A stretch of DNA of 64,000 nucleotides, from the NCBI GenBank assembly GCA_963662625.1, contig OY759726.1, positions 1,152,001-1,216,000 on the forward strand. The letters run 5' to 3'. The stretch's first letter is position 1; each line of letters begins with the position of its first letter. Source of the DNA: Nitrosopumilus sp. Its GTDB lineage: Archaea; Thermoproteota; Nitrososphaeria; Nitrososphaerales; Nitrosopumilaceae. The notes beneath the pieces are model-generated. The model saw only the letters and a list, made by a program, of their open reading frames with translations, searched no databases and was not told the origin of the DNA. The translations under genes and the position numbers were made by a program. Positions 39,941 to 46,650 of this stretch are shown piece by piece.

Positions 39941-40981
39941 CTACGTCCCCCCGGGCGCCTCTCCGGGGCCGTCGGCGGCCAGGAAGATCCCGACCCACCC
40001 CTTCTCGGAGAATTCCACCTTGTGCGCATGGAACAGGTACTTTCCGGGGTACGCGTACTCGAACTCCATTATCCCCCGCTCCGTCTGCGACAGCGTCACC
40101 ATGTCGGTGTAAAACGAGGGCACGGTGTGGGTGCCGGTGGGGTAGTAGTAGAACAGGTTGCCGTGCAGGTGGAAGTTGTTGATCGGGTCAAACTCCACCA
40201 TGTTTACCACGTAGACGCGGATCAGCTCGTTGGTGCTTATCTGGATCGGGTGGTGCTGGTAGTAGAACGGGATCGTGTTTGCGGCGTAGAAGTTGTTCTC
40301 GGTGTCAAAGTCGGTGTCCAGCCCGTTGAGCACCATCACCATCTCGTCGGCCGGAGCACGCCCCTCCTTGGGATCGACGATGTAGACGCCGTACAGCCCG
40401 TGCACGATGTGCTCCTCCAGCGGCATCACGTGGCAGTGGTACGGGTGGACGCCCACCGGCCCGGCCACGAACTCGTAGGTGAACTTCCCGCCTCCCGGCC
40501 CCACGGGCTCGAACACGCCGTCCATCCCGGCCGGGTGGATCCCGTGAAAGTGCATTGTGTGGGTCTTGGAGCCGTTGTTCACGAAGTTGATCCGCACCAG
40601 GTCGCCCTCGGTGGCCCTGATGGTCGGGCCGGGCACCGACCCGTTGAACGTCCACGCGTTGTAGAACACGCCCGGCGCGACCTCCATCACCTTGTCGTCC
40701 TCGGCGACTATGGTGTATTCCCTCACCACGGTGCCGTCGGGCAGCGTGGACACCTCGCCGTAGTCAAAGTCGCGCAGGTACTCCATGGGATCAAACTCCA
40801 TGGTGGACTCTGCGTAAAGCGGGTCGATCACGTCCCCCGTAGTCTTGACTATCCCGCCGGTGTGCGTCACGAAGATCCTCTCCACCAGCTGCGCCTCGGT
40901 GACGGACGGGAGCACCGCGACCGAAAGCCCCGCCGCCATGACCACCGCGAGGCCCATTAGGAGTGATCTGCTGGGCTTCAA
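39941..40981 (-). CDS. Two-domain multicopper oxidase
   Basis: HTMHFHG, YHCHV...HIVHGLYG, NFHLHG and YLFHAH copper motifs; probable TTG start ~25 nt downstream of TTTAAATA. Confidence 0.9.
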   Translation of the reverse strand: MKPSRSLLMGLAVVMAAGLSVAVLPSVTEAQLVERIFVTHTGGIVKTTGDVIDPLYAESTMEFDPMEYLRDFDYGEVSTLPDGTVVREYTIVAEDDKVMEVAPGVFYNAWTFNGSVPGPTIRATEGDLVRINFVNNGSKTHTMHFHGIHPAGMDGVFEPVGPGGGKFTYEFVAGPVGVHPYHCHVMPLEEHIVHGLYGVYIVDPKEGRAPADEMVMVLNGLDTDFDTENNFYAANTIPFYYQHHPIQISTNELIRVYVVNMVEFDPINNFHLHGNLFYYYPTGTHTVPSFYTDMVTLSQTERGIMEFEYAYPGKYLFHAHKVEFSEKGWVGIFLAADGPGEAPGGT

Positions 40982-41009
40982 CTGAGATGTAAGCCGGGCC
41001 TGCTTATTT

Positions 41010-41050
41010 AAAGTTAGCATGGACTAACTTTTTTAACCCAGGCTAACTTT
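41010..41050. promoter_or_regulatory. Palindromic operator(s), DtxR/MntR-like, overlapping the MCO-ZIP promoter
   Basis: AAAGTTAG-CATGGA-CTAACTTT (41010-41031) plus degenerate second copy TTAA-CCCAGG-CTAACTTT. Confidence 0.7.
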
Positions 41051-41107
41051 TTGGGGCCGATCCCCCCGCGAAACTAGGTTTAAACTGAGGCGCGCGCGCC
41101 ACAAGTC

Positions 41108-41605
41108 ATGCCAAAGGCAAGCGTGCTGCTGCTGTTGGTCGGCGGGATACTGGGGCTGGGGATAACGCTCTCGTTCTACGGCAACCAGGCCCTCTTCGAG
41201 GATCTGGCCGACGGGGGAGGCGACGTCAGGCCTGGGGAGAAGCTCGAGGTCAGGGCGGAACTGGAGCGGTCAGACGAGGGCGGGATCTACGCGATCCAGG
41301 TGGAAGATCCCGACGGGGGGCCGGTCTCAGTGCGGGTACTGGATCCCGGGGGCGCCGAGGTGGGCTCCGGCCTTGTCGGCGGCGAACTGTTCGAGGGGAG
41401 GTTCGCGGTGGACTCCGACGGCGCCTACACGCTGGTCGCAAGGAACGACGGGACGGGCCCAGTCAAGGTCTTCGCCGTGATGGGGCCGGAACCCGACGCG
41501 GGCACGAAGTCGTTGGGGTTCGTCTCGCTGTACGTGCTGGTCATAGGGCTGCTGGGCATGGCCGGCGTGGCGATCTTCGCGGTTAGGAACAGGAAGCGGC
41601 CCTAG
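41108..41605 (+). CDS. Membrane-anchored hypothetical protein
   Basis: N- and C-terminal TM helices flanking a beta-rich domain. Confidence 0.75.
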   Translation: MPKASVLLLLVGGILGLGITLSFYGNQALFEDLADGGGDVRPGEKLEVRAELERSDEGGIYAIQVEDPDGGPVSVRVLDPGGAEVGSGLVGGELFEGRFAVDSDGAYTLVARNDGTGPVKVFAVMGPEPDAGTKSLGFVSLYVLVIGLLGMAGVAIFAVRNRKRP

Positions 41606-41907
41606 TTCAGGTAGCTGTCCATCTTCTCCAGGCCGCCGATCGCGGAGTCGAAATCCTCGCCCTCGACTATCCCAGCCAGCATCTCGGTGTTTGCCGAAAA
41701 GTAGGCCTTCCCGCCGTCGAGCCTCTGGATCACGAACCCCGTCTCTACCAGGTACCCGAGCCTCTGCCGGACGTCGTCCTCGGTGGTGGAGGCGGCACTT
41801 GCCAAAAACGAGCATTCCTTCTCGCCGTCCTCCAGCTCCGCGATGACGGCCGAAGTCACTGGATCAAACATGCAGTCGACCACCTTGTCCCTGTCAAAGT
41901 CGGGCAT
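41602..41907 (-). CDS. Small winged-helix-like protein
   Basis: ArsR-like spacing (FDPVTSAVIAELEDGEK...VRQRLGYLVETGFV). Confidence 0.65.
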   Translation of the reverse strand: MPDFDRDKVVDCMFDPVTSAVIAELEDGEKECSFLASAASTTEDDVRQRLGYLVETGFVIQRLDGGKAYFSANTEMLAGIVEGEDFDSAIGGLEKMDSYLN

Positions 41908-42037
41908 CCTCTTGGAGGGGCGGGGAGGGAATTTAAGAATTTCCAGTCAGGGCGGGCACGGGCCCCGGATCGCGCAGTCGGCGCCGCCTGGGTCACGGGT
42001 GCTTGTGCACCAATAAGGTAATTAGTAAACCCCCCCC

Positions 42038-42199
42038 ATGCAACCCATGCAGAAACTGTGCGAGGGGGACGCCTCCGGGAGGGGGCAGCACTGCTTCTGC
42101 ATGGAGGTCGACCCCAGGAGCGGGGTGCGGAAGTGCTGCAGGTGCAACAGGTGGAACATCCAGGGGCGGGACTGGACAGACGACTCTGACTTCCGGTGA
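42038..42199 (+). CDS. 53-aa Cys-rich microprotein (not in the ORF track)
   Basis: MQPMQKLCEGDASGRGQHCFCMEVDPRSGVRKCCRCNRWNIQGRDWTDDSDFR*; GC3-rich codons; AT-rich tract ~20 nt upstream. Confidence 0.65.
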   Translation: MQPMQKLCEGDASGRGQHCFCMEVDPRSGVRKCCRCNRWNIQGRDWTDDSDFR

Positions 42200-42261
42200 T
42201 CCCGCGCAATACCGCGGTTCCTACCGCGATATCGCGAAAACACGCGCGATCGCGCGAGCCA

Positions 42262-42293
42262 TGCCTAATAGTCTGTTGCCTAATAGTCTGTTG
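42262..42293 (+). repeat. 15-bp tandem duplication TGCCTAATAGTCTGT x2 (+TG)
   Basis: Read directly at the IS5/IS110 left junction. Confidence 0.95.
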
Positions 42294-42324
42294 AACACAT
42301 GATAACCACCCAGGCGTAGTTGCC

Positions 42325-42446
42325 CCGATGGATCGACCCCTGGTAGCGCGTGGGCCTGGCGCCCTTTCTGTTGAATGGGGCAATCCGAGCTGCTGTGTCA
42401 CTGGGCTTCGCGCCCTGATAGGTGTGTGCAGCTTCCGATCCGTCAG
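42325..42446 (+). ncRNA. Candidate bridge RNA (boundaries approximate)
   Basis: Nested stems (42327-35/42436-44, 42346-50/42409-13), GCAA tetraloop, and unpaired TCTGTTG (target match) and ATAGGTG (donor match). Confidence 0.55.
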
Positions 42447-42473
42447 ACATCCGAAAGGAGGTGATAGGAAAGG

Positions 42474-43565
42474 ATGAGAAAGACAAGCATAGGGATAGAC
42501 ATAGGGAAGAGAAAGTGCGACGCGTGCGTGGTGGACGGGAACGGGAAGGTTCTCGAGAGGGGGCAGTACCCCAACACCCGGGACGGCGCGGCGAAGTTCG
42601 CAGGGGTGATGGCGCGCAGGTACCTGGGCGGCGGCCCCTGCAGGGCCGCCTGCGAGACGACTGGCAACATGTGGAACAAGACGTTTGACGCCTTCGAGGC
42701 GGCCGGGATCGACATCAAACTGGCCAACACGTACAAGATGGCCCTGATAGCCAGGACCGCCAAGAAGACCGACAGGATTGACGCAGAGAAGATAGCGCAG
42801 GTGCTGAGGATGGACATGATACCGGAGTGCTACGTCCCCCCGGGCCACACCAGGGGGATACGCGCGATGGTCAGGCAGAGGGTGAGGCTGGTCCAGGACA
42901 GGACGCGCGTGATAAACCGCGTCCACAGCCTCCTGGACCGCCACGACATCCAAATGGACGCCTCCACCATGCACTCCGAAAAGGCCTTGGGGCAGCTGGA
43001 ATCTGCGGAGCTGGGCTCTGGGCACGACGGGTTGGTCCTGGGCCAGTGCGCCCGGCAGGTGAGGCACCTGACGGAGGAGATCTCCGTGACGGAGGGGCTC
43101 CTCGAGATGGAGGCCGCCCACAACGGTGACGCGAGGCTGCTGGCCAGCATGACCGGCGTCGGCACGTTCACCGCGGTGCTGATGGCCTCCGAGATCGGGG
43201 ACGTCTCCAGGTTCAGGGGGCCAAGGCAGATGGTGTCGTGGGCCGGGCTGTGCCCGGTGGTCTACCAGTCGGGGAACCAGCTGTACACGGGGAGGATCAA
43301 GAAGATCGACTCCAGCAGCCTGGTCAACTGGGCCATGTGCGAGGCCGCGAACACCGCCGTGCGGCACGACGCCAGGATGGAAGCCGTGTATGCGTCCGCG
43401 CGCCGGAGGCACGCGGACAAGCATGGGCCGGCAATCATAGTGGTGGCCCACAAGATGGTCACCATAATGTGGCACATGCTGACCACCAAGACACCCTACG
43501 AGTCCCGCAACGAGAGGCTGTACCGGCGCAAGCTGGCCAGGATGGAGAAGGCGCGCCGGGGGTGA
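42474..43565 (+). CDS. IS110-family DEDD recombinase/transposase
   Basis: GIDIG, ACETTG and KKTDRIDA (DEDD); MTGVG HhH; GLCPVVYQSG with catalytic Ser; SD GGAGGTGA at 42457-42464. Confidence 0.95.
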   Translation: MRKTSIGIDIGKRKCDACVVDGNGKVLERGQYPNTRDGAAKFAGVMARRYLGGGPCRAACETTGNMWNKTFDAFEAAGIDIKLANTYKMALIARTAKKTDRIDAEKIAQVLRMDMIPECYVPPGHTRGIRAMVRQRVRLVQDRTRVINRVHSLLDRHDIQMDASTMHSEKALGQLESAELGSGHDGLVLGQCARQVRHLTEEISVTEGLLEMEAAHNGDARLLASMTGVGTFTAVLMASEIGDVSRFRGPRQMVSWAGLCPVVYQSGNQLYTGRIKKIDSSSLVNWAMCEAANTAVRHDARMEAVYASARRRHADKHGPAIIVVAHKMVTIMWHMLTTKTPYESRNERLYRRKLARMEKARRG

Positions 43566-43768
43566 CCCCCCGCGCTGCCCGCATCCCGGATCGTCTTGCC
43601 AGCGCTAGCTATAAATCTCATGCCATGCAACCCAGTCACGGATCGGAAAAACCGCGGGATGCATTGCGGCAACTACGCCTGAGTGGTTAACATAGGTGCA
43701 CAACTGCCAGAAATTGCCGGGTCTAAACAGTTGAACCCCCGGCCCAACCATGTCAAACCGAAAAGGCC

Positions 43769-44911
43769 TTGGATCACGGCCGCGCACCGTCCCCGTTGGC
43801 TGCGACCGACAACGAGAAATACGTCAGGCGCGGGAGGGGCCTGGCTGTGTCGTATGACCCCGGCTGGGAGGACGACCTGAGGGAGGCCAACGCCGGCAAG
43901 GAGGGCGCCCCGTTCAGGTACGCCGGGGCGCTGGTCATGGCCGCCGCCGCGGTGAGGACCTCGCTCGGGGTCCAGTACAGGCAGCTGTCCGGGCTCCTCG
44001 CGGGGATGCTGGGGGGGCACGGCGCGCCGCACTACTCGGTGCTGGCCAGGAGGATGGCGCGCCTCGACGTGGACATCGGCGGGGGAGTCGTCCGCGTCTC
44101 CGGCGGCGGCCAGCCCATGACCCTGCTGGCCGACGCCACGGGCCTGAAGCAGTGCAACCGGGGCGAGTGGATACGGAAGAAGTGGAAGGTGAAGCGCGGG
44201 TTCGTCAAGCTGCACCTGCTGGCCGACGCCGACACGAAGAAGATACTCGCGGCGGTGGTGACCGACGACAGGACGGGCGACTCCCCCATGCTGAAGGAGC
44301 TCCTGGGAACCGTGGCGGGGCCGCGTGGCGGGAAGCCGGACGGGAAGCCGGCGGGGAAGCAGGGCGGGAAGCAGGACAGGCGCATGGCGCTGATCCGCGG
44401 GAAGGCAGCCGCGGCGGGGGATCCCCTGCCGCGCGTGGGCTCGCCCCCGCCCAACCTCCTCGCGAGCGGCGTGGCGCCGCTCGCGCTGCAGTGCGGCCAG
44501 CCGCCCGGCTCCCACGGGGCGCGCCTGATCGCGGACGGGGCGTACGCGTCGCGGGACAACATGCGGAGGTGCCGCGACATGGGCGTGGGGCCTATCATCC
44601 CGGTCAAGGTGGCGTCCACCGCCAGGGGCAAGGGCGCCGGCGGCGCGTGGGGCGAGGCGGTGCGGGACCAGCTGGGGGGCGGCCCGGAGGCGCGCGTCGA
44701 CAGGATGGGCACGAGGGAGAGGGAGGAGAACGTCCGGTACTGGAAGGCCAGGAAGGGGTACGGCAGGAGGTGGCTGATCGAGATAATCATATCGGCGTTC
44801 AAGAGGATGTTCGGGGACCACGTGCACTCGCGCAGGTGGGAGAACATCGTGCAGGAGGTAAGGCTCAGGGTGGCCCAGTACAACCGGTGGGCGGGGGAGG
44901 CGGGGGCGTAG
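43769..44911 (+). CDS. IS5-family DDE transposase (5' end possibly frameshifted)
   Basis: NEKYVRRG, YRQLSG, LADATGLK, GEWIRKKW, FVKLHL, ADGAY, YGRRWLIE and FKRMFG; low-complexity insert ~44320-44520. Confidence 0.88.
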   Translation: MDHGRAPSPLAATDNEKYVRRGRGLAVSYDPGWEDDLREANAGKEGAPFRYAGALVMAAAAVRTSLGVQYRQLSGLLAGMLGGHGAPHYSVLARRMARLDVDIGGGVVRVSGGGQPMTLLADATGLKQCNRGEWIRKKWKVKRGFVKLHLLADADTKKILAAVVTDDRTGDSPMLKELLGTVAGPRGGKPDGKPAGKQGGKQDRRMALIRGKAAAAGDPLPRVGSPPPNLLASGVAPLALQCGQPPGSHGARLIADGAYASRDNMRRCRDMGVGPIIPVKVASTARGKGAGGAWGEAVRDQLGGGPEARVDRMGTREREENVRYWKARKGYGRRWLIEIIISAFKRMFGDHVHSRRWENIVQEVRLRVAQYNRWAGEAGA

Positions 44912-45019
44912 GGACTCCAAGCGGCACGGCCTGGCCACGGCCCGGGGATCGTGCCGAGTTGTGCAACAGACTAATGCCTAAGCATGGTTTTTATCGGGGT
45001 AACTGAGAATTTTGGTCAC

Positions 45020-45595
45020 TTGAGCGCTCAGGAATACAGGCACATAGTCAGGATAGTGGGAAACGACATCCCGGGGGCCAAAAAGGTCGTGGTCGGCCTG
45101 ACCCAGATCAAGGGGATCGGGCACAACTTTGCCACCGCGGTGCTGGACGTGCTGAAAATTGACGTCAATTCCAACGTCGGCTTTCTGACGGAGCCGCAGG
45201 TACATGCCATCGAAAAGCTGATCACCGATCCAAAGTCTGCCAACTTTCCCGCATGGTTCCTGAACCGGAGAAAGGACATCGATACGGGAAACGACATGCA
45301 CCTGCTCACGTCTGACATCCCGTTCACGCTGAGAAACGACATCGAGCGTGAGAGGGTCACCAACAGCTGGAGGGGGTACCGGCACCTGTACGGCCTCAAG
45401 GTCAGGGGGCAGAGGACCCGGACCACCGGAAGAAAGGGCGGCGCGGTAGGCGTCGCAAAGGGCGGCAAGGCCGCACCAGTAAAACCATCAAAGCCTGGCG
45501 CGCTGGCGTCGCCTACGGGGGAGGCCGTGGCCGAACAGGGGACTCCGGCTAAGGCAGAGGGCGAGAAGGCGGCCCCGGAGGAGACTACGTCGTAG
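45020..45595 (+). CDS. rps13: 30S ribosomal protein S13 with low-complexity C-terminal tail
   Basis: [13 protein letters not shown] and [18 protein letters not shown]; TTG start downstream of TTTTAT. Confidence 0.95.
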   Translation: MSAQEYRHIVRIVGNDIPGAKKVVVGLTQIKGIGHNFATAVLDVLKIDVNSNVGFLTEPQVHAIEKLITDPKSANFPAWFLNRRKDIDTGNDMHLLTSDIPFTLRNDIERERVTNSWRGYRHLYGLKVRGQRTRTTGRKGGAVGVAKGGKAAPVKPSKPGALASPTGEAVAEQGTPAKAEGEKAAPEETTS

Positions 45596-45605
45596 GTGGC
45601 CGTGG

Positions 45606-46601
45606 ATGGGAGATCCAAAATACCCGCGGCGCGTGTGGAAGAAACCGAAGAGGCCCCTGAACTATGAACTAAAGATGGACGAGCTGAAGACGCTCGGCAC
45701 GTTTGGGCTCAGGACAAAGAGGGAGCTGTGGAAGGCGCACACGGAGCTGTCCCGCGTAAGGCACCAGGCACGGTCGCTGCTTGCGCTGAGGCAGGAGATA
45801 AGGCAGGAGAAAGAGCCGATCCTGATGAGGTCGCTCGCAAGAATCGGGCTGGTCAGCGGAGACGCGACCCTGGACGACGTGTTGAACCTGCAGGTAAACG
45901 ACCTGCTTTCCCGCAGGTTGCAGACGATAGTGTCGAGGAAGCTGGGGTTTCAAACCCCGTACCAGGCAAGGCAGGCTGTCGTGCACGGCCACATAATGAT
46001 CGGGGACAGGAAGGTAACCATCCCGTCATACACCGTGACACTGGAAGAGGAAGACGCGATTCGTTTTTCCCCGGAATCCACGATTGCGGAGATGTTGGAA
46101 AAGCACAAAAAGTCAACTGAGGAACCTGCAGAGGCCGCGCCAGAGACGCCGGCAGAGGCCGCGCCAGAGACGCCGGCAGAGGCCGCGCCAGAGACGCCGG
46201 CAGAGGCCGCGCCAGAGACGCCGGCAGAGGCCGCGCCAGAGACGCCGGCAGAGGCCGCGCCAGAGACGCCGGCAGAGGCCGCGCCAGAGACGCCGGCAGA
46301 GGCCGCGCCAGAGACGCCGGCAGAGGCCGCGCCAGAGACGCCGGCAGAGGCCGCGCCAGAGACGCCGGCAGAGGCCGCGCCAGAGACGCCGGCAGAGGCC
46401 GCGCCAGAGACGCCGGCAGAGGCCGCGCCAGAGACGCCGGCAGAGGCCGCGCCAGAGACGCCGGCAGAGGCCGCGCCAGAGACGCCGGCAGAGGCCGCGC
46501 CAGAGACGCCGGCAGAGGCCGCGCCAGAGACGCCGGCAGAGGCCGCGCCAGAGACGCCGGCAGAGGAGAGTAAACAGGACGACAAGCCTTCACCGAACTA
46601 A
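45606..46601 (+). CDS. rps4: 30S ribosomal protein S4 with long PAEAAPET-repeat tail
   Basis: MGDPKYPRR, FGLRTKRELW, RRLQTIV and ARQAVVHGHI. Confidence 0.95.
   Translation: MGDPKYPRRVWKKPKRPLNYELKMDELKTLGTFGLRTKRELWKAHTELSRVRHQARSLLALRQEIRQEKEPILMRSLARIGLVSGDATLDDVLNLQVNDLLSRRLQTIVSRKLGFQTPYQARQAVVHGHIMIGDRKVTIPSYTVTLEEEDAIRFSPESTIAEMLEKHKKSTEEPAEAAPETPAEAAPETPAEAAPETPAEAAPETPAEAAPETPAEAAPETPAEAAPETPAEAAPETPAEAAPETPAEAAPETPAEAAPETPAEAAPETPAEAAPETPAEAAPETPAEAAPETPAEAAPETPAEAAPETPAEAAPETPAEESKQDDKPSPN
46128..46566 (+). repeat. 24-bp tandem repeat GCAGAGGCCGCGCCAGAGACGCCG x18
   Basis: 18 perfect copies plus a partial copy. Confidence 0.97.
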
Positions 46602-46650
46602 CTACAAGGAAAGATTATCAACAAATAGCCCCAAAAAGAAGAGTTTAACC

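Larger units (their letters stand above)
42292..43698 (+). mobile_element. IS110-family element with 26-bp sub-terminal inverted repeats and TG core
   Basis: IRs at 42299-42324 and 43668-43693 (24/26 match); TG at both junctions; removing the element and one TG restores the IS5 TIR. Confidence 0.9.
42269..44973 (+). mobile_element. IS5-family insertion sequence whose left TIR is interrupted by an IS110 element
   Basis: 8-bp direct repeat ATGCCTAA at 42261-42268 and 44974-44981; right TIR AGTTGTGCAACAGACTA at 44957-44973; left TIR split into TAGTCTGTTG and CACAACT (43699-43705). Confidence 0.88.

Noticed and set aside
39941-40981. Multicopper protein as nitrite reductase NirK
   Set aside because: The motif pattern (HxH in both domains, no type-1 Met) and linkage to a ZIP transporter fit a two-domain multicopper oxidase better; NirK cannot be supported from the sequence alone.
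46128-46566. 24-bp repeat array as a possible CRISPR
   Set aside because: Units are contiguous with no spacers, in frame within rps4, and there are no cas genes in the window.
46084-46650. Arg-rich (QRPRQRRR)n N-terminal extension of GlmS in the ORF track
   Set aside because: It is an alternative frame of the rps4 repeat; GlmS needs Cys at its N-terminus, so the start is ATG 46651.
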